Shown: positions 28,221-38,022 of the stretch, in pieces
Position numbering within the stretch: position 1 is the first letter of the stretch
Layout of the letters: each line of letters begins with the position of its first letter
Source of the DNA: an uncultured virus (IMG/VR IMGVR_UViG_3300020337_000002)
Taxonomy: Duplodnaviria; Heunggongvirae; Uroviricota; Caudoviricetes
Virus record (IMG/VR): IMGVR_UViG_3300020337_000002
Strand: one strand, 5' to 3'
Length of the DNA: 64,000 bases
Notes under the pieces: generated by a model
Seen by the model: only the letters and a program-made list of their open reading frames with translations
Told to the model about the DNA's origin: nothing
Databases searched by the model: none
Translations under genes and position numbers: made by a program

Positions 28221-29785
28221 TATGCTTTAAATTCCTTTTTGAACACGTCAGCTGTGGTTGATGTTGGTAAAGGATTTGCTACTGTAGTCACTAAATCCCT
28301 ATCTGTAAGTGCAATTTTAAATGCTAACGGGTTTAAATTCTCATGATGTGTCCAAGGTTCAGCTTGTGGTGAACGTTGTGAAAGAACACCAAGTGTTGTG
28401 TGACCAGGTACGCGATGTACGGACAGAGCGGACGCGGTAGCGGCCGTAGCCGCCTGCGGTCCATTCATATGGATTTCGGAAGCGGTTTCTGTATGGTTGC
28501 CTCCGCTGAGTATATCAGTAGTTCCGCCTGCTGTAAGTTTGTTTGCTCCACCTGTGTTTATATCAAAGTCTGAAGTTGTTGTAATCTTGGTGCTACCGCC
28601 CACTAGTATATTTGTATTCTTGTTTGATTCTATCTGCACCCTTCCTTTGAGAATCTTATCTCCAACATAATCTCCTGATGCTTTTAGGCTTAGATTAGCA
28701 CCTGCTTCTATTGTAACGTTTCTGTCTGCTGTAAGATTAAAATCATTTGCTGTGTGCATACTGATTGAATCCTGTGCAAATATATCAATCTTACCATCTG
28801 AAGTTAATTCTATCCAAGCAGTACCTCTAGCATTTCCTAGATATATCAAGTCTTCCGTGTTGTGTAAAAGTATTTGGTGTCCTGTACGTGTACGCAATCT
28901 CACAAGTTCGTTGTGCAACAGACCTTTCTGACCTTCCATTTCACCTTGATTTACGTCTGCATAGTCAGGGGCTCCTTCACTTGCAGATTTCTTTCTTAGG
29001 TACTTGTCATTACCATCATCAAAAACAAAACTTGTTCCACCAAGTCTTGCCTTGAACACACTTGTATTGTCGTCCTTTGAACCTATCTTAACCTGTGGTG
29101 ATCCAGGACTCTTGTCTACAGGTCCAGGTGTGCTTATCCCAAATACTGCACTAGGCACTTCACGCCTTGCACTTGAACTTGTTATACCACGTGTTTCATC
29201 TTCCAACAATCCTTGTGCAACAAGGTTGTCAGTAAATGTTTTTTGATAGGGTTTTAAATATCTAGTAGGGTCTTGTTGTGTTCCAGGATTTAATACTTTG
29301 TTGTATTCACTTGCTGGTAACTTTTTACCTTTTAGGTTATCTGGAACATCTTCGTTAAGAAGTGTTGTTGCGGCATGACCCGGTACACTAAAGTTCATAA
29401 ACTTGTCTTGTACAACACCTAACCAGTAACACATATTAGGATTACCTTCTGCAAATATAACCAATACTGTCGTTCCTACATCTGGTGGAACCATCCACAT
29501 ACCGTAGCTCTGTTGGCTGTCTTTGTATCCTGTATTCTTTGTACTTCCAAACCCAGGAGTTGATCCTCCAAATGGTTGCAGATATTTTGCTGTATATAAT
29601 TCGCCGTCTGCAAAAGCAATACCTTGCGACTCGTTCATTTTTCTTAGTTGTACAGTTATGGCTCCATGGAATTCAGGATCTAAATTGTTTATAACAACAG
29701 CTTCAAACGGACCAGGTTTAAATTCAGGAGAGGTATACTTACTGGTCCTGTCTATGTTTTGATTTTTTTCTGGTAATCCAGCCAT
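28220..29785 (-). CDS. gp5: baseplate central spike, gp5/VgrG OB-fold-like
   Basis: V.NNLDP, GMWMVPPDVGTTVLVIFAEG.P..YWLG, RTRTGHQI and a C-terminal beta-helix-like repeat; no lysozyme domain recognised. Confidence 0.75.
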   Translation of the reverse strand: MAGLPEKNQNIDRTSKYTSPEFKPGPFEAVVINNLDPEFHGAITVQLRKMNESQGIAFADGELYTAKYLQPFGGSTPGFGSTKNTGYKDSQQSYGMWMVPPDVGTTVLVIFAEGNPNMCYWLGVVQDKFMNFSVPGHAATTLLNEDVPDNLKGKKLPASEYNKVLNPGTQQDPTRYLKPYQKTFTDNLVAQGLLEDETRGITSSSARREVPSAVFGISTPGPVDKSPGSPQVKIGSKDDNTSVFKARLGGTSFVFDDGNDKYLRKKSASEGAPDYADVNQGEMEGQKGLLHNELVRLRTRTGHQILLHNTEDLIYLGNARGTAWIELTSDGKIDIFAQDSISMHTANDFNLTADRNVTIEAGANLSLKASGDYVGDKILKGRVQIESNKNTNILVGGSTKITTTSDFDINTGGANKLTAGGTTDILSGGNHTETASEIHMNGPQAATAATASALSVHRVPGHTTLGVLSQRSPQAEPWTHHENLNPLAFKIALTDRDLVTTVANPLPTSTTADVFKKEFKA

Positions 29786-32403
29786 TATGTTAATCTTCCT
29801 TTGACTTCATTTACAGCTAAATTAACTGCTGAGCCTAAATCTTCTGTTATGTCTGCACCTGCATTAAACTGATCTATCAGTTCTTGTCCAATGTTTATCC
29901 GATTTTGATTTGCTAGTGCCATGGCTCTGAGTTCAGCTATCTTGGCTTGCATTGGAATAGGCTTCTTCTTGACAGCGGCAAAGTCATCAACCATCATCTG
30001 TGTTTCCATTGACTTATGGCTTTTCTTGTCTGGACCTTCACCCTTTGGAGCTGGCTTCTTCTCAGTTGGGTTAGCTATTCCAGTTGGTTTTTGATCTGTA
30101 TCTAGATTTGTTTGATTAGGCGCTCTGATAAGTGTTAGTTCCTGTGTAAACTGTCCGCCACTAAAGTCACTAGCAACTACAGTAACTCTGTATAATCCGC
30201 TAAAGGATTTAACTACCATTCCTCCCTTGGACGTAAGCAATCCGCCTTCACTAACCGGATCAATATCAAAAGGTGTTCTAAAGTTTAGGTAAATGAATAC
30301 CTGCTGTCTTACATAATCCATTTGCTTTTTTTCATCATCAAACATCATGAATCCAGATCTTGCTTGATAGTTTCCTATACCACTGTCTGACAGATACCAA
30401 GGATCTCCCATAATTTTTAAATTTACATTAACCAGGTCAACTGTACTGTTGATAAGTGCCTTGTGAAATTCTCTAGCTATCTTACCTTTGGTCGTGGCAT
30501 TGGCGGCTGTTACACCTGTTGTTATGTTTGCCATGTCAGACGCACCAACAACCTTTAACGGATTTACTTTTGGTGTTTCTGTTGATCCTGGAGCGTTGGC
30601 AATTATAGTACCTTCTTCATTTACTGATGCATTGGCAAGATATGCATTTGGTATTTCAGGTTTCTTGTCCATCGGGGTAGGAGTTAAGAATCTAGTTTCG
30701 TACTTGATGTCAAAGTCTAAAATATCTTTGTTCATTCCTGTGTAGATATAATTGTATGCTTTTCTTACTTTTCTTTTTATTTCCTCTTGTCCTTCGGTAA
30801 CAGTTTGTGGAGCCTGCCAAACACTTGAATGAACCTTGTATGGTATAACCTTGAACACATAAATCTTAGGCATTCTTGCTTTGGCATCTTCTACCTGCTT
30901 CACAGGAACATCGTACACACACCCTTGTATCGTAAACCAATTTCTGTAACCTTCTTTATCAAGGTCTTGTTTTGTTAATTCTAATCCATAACTACTAGTA
31001 ACAACTATCTCCTCAATAATCGTGTTCAGCGTTGTACCTTTGGTAAATTTAAAAGCTCTTTTGTCTGCTGGTATGGCTATCTGACCTTGTTCAAATACCT
31101 GTTTCTCTTTGTCGTAACTTGCATAGTAAGTTCCAGGTTTAATGCCTCCAGGATCTAGTTTTTGTTCTAGTAATGTTGCCTTACCTATTTCACTAATATT
31201 TTCTTGTTGTGTTGTGCTGGTTCTTATTGCATCACTTGTTTTTGATCTTTTAACACCAAAGCCTGTAACACTTTGAAACCATTCTTCATAGTTTAACTTC
31301 TTTACACCCTGGGATGCACCATATCTTGATTCATATTCTTTCTGCGGATCATATGTTGCTTTTCCTGTGGTCTCATCCGGTGATGTTGCAAAAGTCTTAC
31401 TTGCAAGGTCTTCTTCCTTAGGAAACATAATAATATATTCATCAGCAAACTGTTCTGTTTCTGACTCTTCTCTTTCAAGTAGTGTTGTGTTCATTACTCT
31501 TGTTAGACTTTGACTTCCACTCTGAAGTGCTTCTTCAACAGTTCCACCAATAACCGTTACATCTGTTTGTAACATCTGTATTGCATCTGTATAACAAGCA
31601 CCGTTTCTAGCAGTTGCTTGGATATCGTATTTGGTTCCTCCTGCGTCAGCAGTGATTGATGTAGTACTTAATTGTATAGGAAAATATCTTTTTGCAACTC
31701 TTTGGGTAGTGTTCTCATCTGTGTGTCCAATGAACTCACACATTAATAAAAAAGGTGCTGAAATATATTGTTTGTATCCGGCTGTAACTGCCGCTACCTG
31801 TAAACTTTCCATAAAGTTACCAAGACTGTATGGCTCTGTAACTTCAAAGTTAAATGTGTGAACCGCTGGCATCCTTGATCCCATACCGCCTGGTTGTAAT
31901 ACTGATTCTATACGGACATTGTCGATATAGTATTCTACCCTACCGAAGGTATCTTCGGTTAAAGTTGTTGCACGTCTACCTTCTTTAATATTCTGACTTC
32001 CGCCACCGCCCTTGATAACATTAATCATAGGTTCGCTTTGCATAAATGTTTCATCTGGCTTTGAAGCTTCGTCAACAGTTAAACAAAATAATGACCAAAT
32101 CTGACTGTGTGTACGGAACTGGTCCATTATGTTAGGCTCAACGGCTACAAGATCTGTATGAATATAAACTTTTGGTTTTGAAGGTTCTTCAGTGCCTTTT
32201 TCAGCACCGTCTTTGGTTGCTGTTTTATCGGCGTCTTTATCTTTACCTACCTTGTCAAGGTCACCTTGTAAATCAGTTGTGGCTTTGTTATTTTTACCTG
32301 TTATGGTATCGTCGAATTTTTCTGTTTTTTCTTTGGTAACAGCATCAAGTTTTTCTTGAAGGGTTAATTGTTTTTCTGCTTTTGAATTATTAGGTACAGC
32401 CAT
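29785..32403 (-). CDS. putative baseplate hub protein (gp27/GpD-like)
   Basis: Lies between gp53-like and gp5-like genes; LKIMGDP and FSGLYRV..V.SDFSGGQFTQELTL motifs. Confidence 0.6.
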   Translation of the reverse strand: MAVPNNSKAEKQLTLQEKLDAVTKEKTEKFDDTITGKNNKATTDLQGDLDKVGKDKDADKTATKDGAEKGTEEPSKPKVYIHTDLVAVEPNIMDQFRTHSQIWSLFCLTVDEASKPDETFMQSEPMINVIKGGGGSQNIKEGRRATTLTEDTFGRVEYYIDNVRIESVLQPGGMGSRMPAVHTFNFEVTEPYSLGNFMESLQVAAVTAGYKQYISAPFLLMCEFIGHTDENTTQRVAKRYFPIQLSTTSITADAGGTKYDIQATARNGACYTDAIQMLQTDVTVIGGTVEEALQSGSQSLTRVMNTTLLEREESETEQFADEYIIMFPKEEDLASKTFATSPDETTGKATYDPQKEYESRYGASQGVKKLNYEEWFQSVTGFGVKRSKTSDAIRTSTTQQENISEIGKATLLEQKLDPGGIKPGTYYASYDKEKQVFEQGQIAIPADKRAFKFTKGTTLNTIIEEIVVTSSYGLELTKQDLDKEGYRNWFTIQGCVYDVPVKQVEDAKARMPKIYVFKVIPYKVHSSVWQAPQTVTEGQEEIKRKVRKAYNYIYTGMNKDILDFDIKYETRFLTPTPMDKKPEIPNAYLANASVNEEGTIIANAPGSTETPKVNPLKVVGASDMANITTGVTAANATTKGKIAREFHKALINSTVDLVNVNLKIMGDPWYLSDSGIGNYQARSGFMMFDDEKKQMDYVRQQVFIYLNFRTPFDIDPVSEGGLLTSKGGMVVKSFSGLYRVTVVASDFSGGQFTQELTLIRAPNQTNLDTDQKPTGIANPTEKKPAPKGEGPDKKSHKSMETQMMVDDFAAVKKKPIPMQAKIAELRAMALANQNRINIGQELIDQFNAGADITEDLGSAVNLAVNEVKGRLT

Positions 32404-32404
32404 G

Positions 32405-32710
32405 TTAGACTCCTAGCATACTTTTTAACGGTCCACCTTTTGGTACGTATATGGTTGCACCTGACTTGAAATCGTATATAGGATCTTCCATAGTATCTAA
32501 ATTACGTTGACAAAATACCCACCATAGATTTGGGTTGTCATACATATCATATGCTAACAAGTCTGGTCTTTGATGGTACTGTGGTTCAATAGTATATGTT
32601 GCATCATCAGACTGTGCAGGTATAGTTCTAATTTGATAAAATCCTAAATGTTCTCCACTAGGATTCATTGAGGTTGCTTTGTAAGGACTTGACTGTTTAT
32701 ATGTTGCCAT
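32405..32710 (-). CDS. gp53: baseplate wedge gp53/LysM-like protein
   Basis: RPDLLAYDMYDNPNLWWVF..RN..DP motif. Confidence 0.7.
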   Translation of the reverse strand: MATYKQSSPYKATSMNPSGEHLGFYQIRTIPAQSDDATYTIEPQYHQRPDLLAYDMYDNPNLWWVFCQRNLDTMEDPIYDFKSGATIYVPKGGPLKSMLGV

Positions 32711-33651
32711 TAAATAAATCCTCCATCGCCAACATATCCACCATTAACATAATTGTTCAAGCTAAATTTCTCAACTTCTCTTCTGCTGTAGATCGGTTGT
32801 ACCGTAACAGTTATTAAGCTCTGTGAAGGTGCCCAACCAATGGGACCATCTCTTTGATCTATTGCCCCTTGTTTTGATTGAGGATGGCTTGGTGGAATAT
32901 CAGCAACACTATCAGGTTTACCTGTTGCAATATAGTCAACGTCCTGTGGAAGGTCAACTGTAAACTGTGTTATGATTACCGGAACATTATTAAAAATATA
33001 ATCACCGTAACCATTTAATTTTACTACTGGAGGAGGTGCTCCTATTGTTTTATCATCTCCACCATAAAACATTTTTGTCATGCTTCTTAGATAATGCAGG
33101 GCACCGACCCAATAAGAGGCTTCTGTACCATTCTGACAGAAAAAGTCGCCTGTGATAACCAACTGATCCACTTGTGAATTCTGGTAAGCAAAGTACGGAT
33201 AATTAGTATGTGTAGGGGCCATTGTATTGTAATTGGCGCTGTGTGCCACAATAATAGTTGGAGTATATGGAAAAACTAAACCGTTCGTTACTTTCAAAGG
33301 ATTTAACAGTTCTGCACTTGAAAAAGGTTCAATAGTGGGTATACTTAATTTAACACGCCAGTCTTGCTCAACTGCTTTTTTAAAAGAGGCTGTAGCACTA
33401 CTTTTAGGAAACCCTGCTAAACCGTCTTTTGGAATATTCTTACTACGTAATTCTTTACCAATTCCCATTTCATCCATAAACCGTTGTGCACCTTCTGGTG
33501 TACCTTTGGATGTATTCGCAGTTGGATCGGAACCACTATGTGGACCCATGCTAAATTCATTAGCACGTTCACGATCAGTAAAGCCGTCTTTACGAACTTG
33601 GTTATCAGACGAAATTACTGTTCTACCATTTACTGTTCTGAATGTTGTCAT
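32710..33651 (-). CDS. putative tail tube initiator/baseplate protein
   Basis: FPYTP.I, GAPPPVVKLNGYG..F.NVPVIITQF motifs; adjacent to the gp53-like gene. Confidence 0.55.
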   Translation of the reverse strand: MTTFRTVNGRTVISSDNQVRKDGFTDRERANEFSMGPHSGSDPTANTSKGTPEGAQRFMDEMGIGKELRSKNIPKDGLAGFPKSSATASFKKAVEQDWRVKLSIPTIEPFSSAELLNPLKVTNGLVFPYTPTIIVAHSANYNTMAPTHTNYPYFAYQNSQVDQLVITGDFFCQNGTEASYWVGALHYLRSMTKMFYGGDDKTIGAPPPVVKLNGYGDYIFNNVPVIITQFTVDLPQDVDYIATGKPDSVADIPPSHPQSKQGAIDQRDGPIGWAPSQSLITVTVQPIYSRREVEKFSLNNYVNGGYVGDGGFI

Positions 33652-33670
33652 TTTGGCTAACTCCTACAAG

Positions 33671-33700
33671 TATTTAGTTGACTTTTTTAACTACGTAGTT
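33671..33700 (-). promoter_or_regulatory. late promoter with upstream palindrome AACTACGTAGTT
   Basis: Minus strand reads AACTACGTAGTT-N10-ACTAAATA, then AGGAG RBS of the 33651 gene. Confidence 0.65.
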
Positions 33701-33706
33701 TATAAT
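33678..33706 (+). promoter_or_regulatory. sigma70-type promoter for gp55
   Basis: TTGACT (33678-33683), 17-nt spacer, TATAAT (33701-33706). Confidence 0.85.
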
Positions 33707-33738
33707 AATGTATTATTTAAGGTTTGGAGAAAACAAAT

Positions 33739-34572
33739 ATGAAAAGAGTGAATTATCTCAACAATAGAGATATACTGGCAGAAATACATAAATCAAAAAA
33801 CACGTTTTGTAGTTATACAGACGACGATTTTGCACAATATGATATAATTCTACCTAGTATAGATAAGATTAACATAAGAACTATAGCAGATGCTAAAAGA
33901 AACCAGGCTAAACGCATTGGTTTGAAGGAATATGAGTCAAGGAAAGAAGCCGGCGAAAAGGTTAAGCAGGCTGATTGTGCCGTAGACTACAGAAAAATAG
34001 CTAAAACCGATGTAGTATTCCGAATTATGATGTATGATCACATTCCAGAAGAAAAAGGTAGGAAGAAAAATCCTAAAACTATAGCAGATACTAAAACAAA
34101 ATTAAATTTTCCACCATTTCAGCATTATAAGTTCAACGAGAAGGACGAACTTGTATGTGTAGGTAAGAGCCACTGGGAAGGTGGTATGTCAAATGGTAAC
34201 TTTAACAAAGGTCACGGAATGGCAACCAATAAACTTGCTTTGATGTGGATGAAACTTTGTGAACGTTATGCAACAAGAGGTAACGTTAGAGGTTATACAT
34301 ATAACGATGAGATGAAAGGACAGGCTATTCTTCAATTGACACAGATTGGCTTACAGTTTGATGAATCAAAATCAAACAATCCTTTTGCTTACTACACCGC
34401 GGCTGTTACTAACTCGTTTGTAAGAATCATTAATATCGAAAAACGTAATCAAAACATACGTGATGATATTTTAGAAATGAATCATATGAATCCTTCCTTT
34501 ACCAGGCAGAATCAAGGTCAGTGGGAGAAGAGTGTGGAACGTCAAAACACAAAAGATACTTCGGACAAATAA
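33739..34572 (+). CDS. gp55: late-transcription sigma factor, T4 gp55-like
   Basis: NYLNNRDIL, RGYTYNDEM and FDESKSNNPFAYYT..NSFVRII..EK motifs; gene order 55-47-46 as in T4. Start at ATG 33739 after GGAGA. Confidence 0.8.
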   Translation: MKRVNYLNNRDILAEIHKSKNTFCSYTDDDFAQYDIILPSIDKINIRTIADAKRNQAKRIGLKEYESRKEAGEKVKQADCAVDYRKIAKTDVVFRIMMYDHIPEEKGRKKNPKTIADTKTKLNFPPFQHYKFNEKDELVCVGKSHWEGGMSNGNFNKGHGMATNKLALMWMKLCERYATRGNVRGYTYNDEMKGQAILQLTQIGLQFDESKSNNPFAYYTAAVTNSFVRIINIEKRNQNIRDDILEMNHMNPSFTRQNQGQWEKSVERQNTKDTSDK

Positions 34573-34575
34573 AGT

Positions 34576-34604
34576 TTGACTATTTTATCTTTATCGTGTA
34601 CAAT
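34576..34604 (+). promoter_or_regulatory. sigma70-type promoter for gp47-gp46
   Basis: TTGACT (34576-34581), 17-nt spacer, TACAAT (34599-34604). Confidence 0.75.
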
Positions 34605-34627
34605 ATAATAAATTGTGAGGATTAGGT

Positions 34628-35644
34628 TTGTTTAAGAAAGCGGCAGTATTTACAGACATACACTTTGGTTTGAAGTCAAACTCAAAGGTGCATAATGATG
34701 ACTGTGAAGAATTTATTGATTGGTATATAGAACAAGCAAAAGAAAACGGTTGTGAAACTGGAATATTTTGCGGTGACTGGCATCATAATCGAAACAGTCT
34801 AAACATTACTACCATGGATGCAACCATTAGAAGCCTTGAGAAACTAGGTAAGGCTTTTGAAAAGTTTTACTTCTTTCCTGGTAATCACGATTTATACTAC
34901 AAAGACAAAAGAGATATTAATTCCATCGACTTTGCAAGACACATTGAAGGCATTACAATGGTCAATGAGATGATGACCGAAGGTAACACTACTTTAATCC
35001 CTTGGTTAGTTGGTGATGAATGGAAAAAGATTCCTAAAATAAAAAGCAAATACATATTTGGTCACTTTGAACTTCCAAACTTTTATATGAATGCTATGGT
35101 ACAGATGCCTGACACGGGTGAACTACAAGCAGATCATTTCAAGAACCAAGAATATGTGTTTAGTGGTCACTTCCATAAGAGACAAGTAAAAGGTCCTGTT
35201 CATTATATAGGTAATGCTCTTCCTCACAATTACGCAGATGCCTGGGATGATGAACGTGGTATGATGATACTTGAAGATGGAGGTGAACCACAGTATATCA
35301 ACTGGTGGAACTGTCCTAAATATAGAACAGTAAAACTTTCCAGACTGTTAGATGAAAAAGATACACTAATAAAAAGTAAAATGTACCTACGTGTTACACT
35401 AGACTTGCCTATTAGTTATGAAGAAGCAAACTTTATCAAAGAAACTTTCATGAAAGACTATGAATGCAGAGAAATTTCTCTTATTCCTAACACACAGGAC
35501 GAAGAAATGAACTCAGACATAGATATTACGAAGTTTGAAAGTGTAGATGAGATTGTTGCAAAAGAAATTGAAGCTATCGAGTCGGATAGTTTTGATAAAA
35601 GCAAACTACTTTCAATATATAGAGATTTAAGCAAAGATGATTAA
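34628..35644 (+). CDS. gp47: Mre11/SbcD-like recombination nuclease subunit
   Basis: Metallophosphoesterase motifs DIH, GD, GNHD, GHFE and SGHFH. Confidence 0.92.
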   Translation: MFKKAAVFTDIHFGLKSNSKVHNDDCEEFIDWYIEQAKENGCETGIFCGDWHHNRNSLNITTMDATIRSLEKLGKAFEKFYFFPGNHDLYYKDKRDINSIDFARHIEGITMVNEMMTEGNTTLIPWLVGDEWKKIPKIKSKYIFGHFELPNFYMNAMVQMPDTGELQADHFKNQEYVFSGHFHKRQVKGPVHYIGNALPHNYADAWDDERGMMILEDGGEPQYINWWNCPKYRTVKLSRLLDEKDTLIKSKMYLRVTLDLPISYEEANFIKETFMKDYECREISLIPNTQDEEMNSDIDITKFESVDEIVAKEIEAIESDSFDKSKLLSIYRDLSKDD

Positions 35645-37409
35645 GATAAAAAGCCTTACAGTTAAGAATTTTATGAGTGTGGGTAACACTACACAGGGAG
35701 TAGACTTTAACAAACAACAACTAACGTTAGTGCTTGGCGAAAACTTAGATCAAGGAGGTGACGATTCTGGTTCACGTAACGGTACAGGTAAGACTACAAT
35801 TATTAATGCGTTGTCATATGCCCTGTACGGCCAAGCACTAACGAACATTAGAAGAGATAATTTAGTAAACAAGACCAACAACAAGGGTATGTTGGTTACA
35901 CTAGAGTTTGATAAAGATGGTAAACAATATCATATTGAAAGAGGACGTAAACCTAACACACTAAAATTTAAGATTGATAACAAGGAACAAGAGCTTACAG
36001 ATGAAAGCCAAGGTGATTCACGTAAGACACAGTTGGATATTAACAACCTACTAGGTATGAGTCATGATATGTTCAAGCATATTGTGGCACTTAATACGTA
36101 CACAGAGCCCTTCTTAGCACTCAAGAACAATGATCAACGTGCTATTATAGAACAACTGCTTGGTATTACACTACTTTCTGAGAAGGCAGAGTTGTTAAGA
36201 GAACAAATACGTATCAATAGAGATAAGCTAACCGAAGAAAATGCTAGAATAACAGCCGTTAAGGATAGCAACGAAAAGATCAAAGAGAATATTGAAAGAT
36301 TGCATAGTAGACGCAAGGCTTGGATTGCACAAAACAAACAGGACTGTGAGAAACTTGCAAAAGCAATCAAAGAACTTGAACAACTAGACATCGATCAAGA
36401 ACTAGAAGATCATGAGAAACTAGAAAAGTGGACTGAGAACAGTAAACATCTTACAAACCTAACAAAAGAAAAAGCAACTGTTGAACGTGCATTGGAACAA
36501 GCCGATAATAATGTAAACAAACTTGGTAAGGATCTTGATGATCTTGAAACTGCCAAGTGTTATGCTTGTGGACAAGACCTACATGATGACAAACTTGAAG
36601 AAATGAAAGACAAGCTACAAAAGGATTATGGTGATGCTCACATTTATCAAACTAGCATGGCAGAAAAAATGCAAAAGGTTGAAAAACTAATTGAAGACAT
36701 TGGTGACCTAGAGGCAAAACCAAATACCTTTTATGAAACAGCCAAAGAAGCATATCAACATAGAGGTAATGTTGAGAGCTTGACTAACAGTTTACGAGAA
36801 AAGACTGATGAACTTGATCCATATCAAGAACAAATTAAAGATTTAGAAGATACTGCAATACAAGAAGTGACTTGGGATACTGTAAACGATCTTAACAGTA
36901 CTAAAGAACATCAAGACTTCTTATATAAACTATTAACTAACAAAGATAGCTTTATACGTAAGAAGATCATCGATCAGAACCTTGCATACTTGAATAATAG
37001 ACTTACATACTACTTAGACAAGCTAGGACTTCCGCATACAGTGGTGTTTAAGAACGATCTAAGTGTTGAGATTACGCAACTAGGACAGGATCTAGACTTT
37101 GATAACCTAAGTAGAGGTGAACGTAATAGACTTATACTTGGTATGAGTTGGAGTTTCCGTGATGTATGGGAAAGTCTATATCAAAACATCAACTTATTGT
37201 TTATTGACGAATTAGTTGATAGTGGTATGGATGCAAATGGTGTTGAAAACAGTATGAGCATACTTAAGAAGATGGGTAGAGAACGTCAAAAGAACATTTA
37301 TCTTATATCGCACAAAGAAGAACTAGCAAGTCGTGTAACAAACGTACTAAAAGTTATAAAAGAAAACGGATTTACATCTTATGACAATGATGTAGAGATA
37401 ATGCAATGA
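35637..37409 (+). CDS. gp46: Rad50/SbcC-like recombination ATPase subunit
   Basis: Walker A NGTGKTT, coiled coil with CYAC zinc hook, LSRGE signature, Walker B FIDE, ISH. Confidence 0.95.
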   Translation: MIKIKSLTVKNFMSVGNTTQGVDFNKQQLTLVLGENLDQGGDDSGSRNGTGKTTIINALSYALYGQALTNIRRDNLVNKTNNKGMLVTLEFDKDGKQYHIERGRKPNTLKFKIDNKEQELTDESQGDSRKTQLDINNLLGMSHDMFKHIVALNTYTEPFLALKNNDQRAIIEQLLGITLLSEKAELLREQIRINRDKLTEENARITAVKDSNEKIKENIERLHSRRKAWIAQNKQDCEKLAKAIKELEQLDIDQELEDHEKLEKWTENSKHLTNLTKEKATVERALEQADNNVNKLGKDLDDLETAKCYACGQDLHDDKLEEMKDKLQKDYGDAHIYQTSMAEKMQKVEKLIEDIGDLEAKPNTFYETAKEAYQHRGNVESLTNSLREKTDELDPYQEQIKDLEDTAIQEVTWDTVNDLNSTKEHQDFLYKLLTNKDSFIRKKIIDQNLAYLNNRLTYYLDKLGLPHTVVFKNDLSVEITQLGQDLDFDNLSRGERNRLILGMSWSFRDVWESLYQNINLLFIDELVDSGMDANGVENSMSILKKMGRERQKNIYLISHKEELASRVTNVLKVIKENGFTSYDNDVEIMQ

Positions 37410-37410
37410 T

Positions 37411-37815
37411 ATGATACTAGATAAGATCAAAGAACGTGGTGAGGAAATGGCTCCTTTAGAAGGACATGACCGATTACAGTACTTGGTTGATCTAGCAAGA
37501 GAAGTAGAACCATTAAGTGCCGAAGATAAAATAGACGAAAACAAAATAAGAGGGTGTGCAAGTAATTTGTGGGTAGTAGGTAAGATGAATAAAGACGGAA
37601 CAATGTCTTATAGACACGACGGAGATGCTTGGATTACAAAAGGTACTGCAAAAGTAATAGTTGATCTAGTAAACGGTGCACACAGAAGCGAGATTGCACA
37701 CCTTACAATAGAAAGTTTCCAAGGATTAGGGATAAGAGAGTTACTAACCATGCAGAGACAAGTGGGGTTTGGCAGTTTAATTGAACGTATTATAGGTATA
37801 GCAAAACATGGATGA
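37411..37815 (+). CDS. sufE: SufE-family sulfur acceptor protein
   Basis: RLQYLVDLA, NKIRGCASNLW (active Cys), DGDAWITKG and LT.QR..GF match the SufE pattern. Confidence 0.85.
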   Translation: MILDKIKERGEEMAPLEGHDRLQYLVDLAREVEPLSAEDKIDENKIRGCASNLWVVGKMNKDGTMSYRHDGDAWITKGTAKVIVDLVNGAHRSEIAHLTIESFQGLGIRELLTMQRQVGFGSLIERIIGIAKHG

Positions 37816-38014
37816 TACACACGATAAATTAACCAAAGCATACTTGGAATATTTCAAAGCCAACGAGGCTTGGGAAGTACGCAAGAGTGAACGTACTAAA
37901 AGATCCTCAAGAAAATGGTTAAGTGAGATACGTAGACTGTGTACAGAACGTAGAAAAGAAATAATAGAAGAGTACAAAGCCAAAAATGGTAGCCCTAGCG
38001 ATGATACTGAGTAA
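37808..38014 (+). CDS. small basic hypothetical protein
   Basis: 68 aa, overlaps the sufE stop codon, helical and basic. Confidence 0.7.
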   Translation: MDDTHDKLTKAYLEYFKANEAWEVRKSERTKRSSRKWLSEIRRLCTERRKEIIEEYKAKNGSPSDDTE

Positions 38015-38022
38015 GTATCACT

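Noticed and set aside
2616..33742. Many short plus-strand ORFs opposite the minus-strand structural genes
   Set aside because: Antisense shadows within well-supported genes, with no RBS or recognisable motifs.
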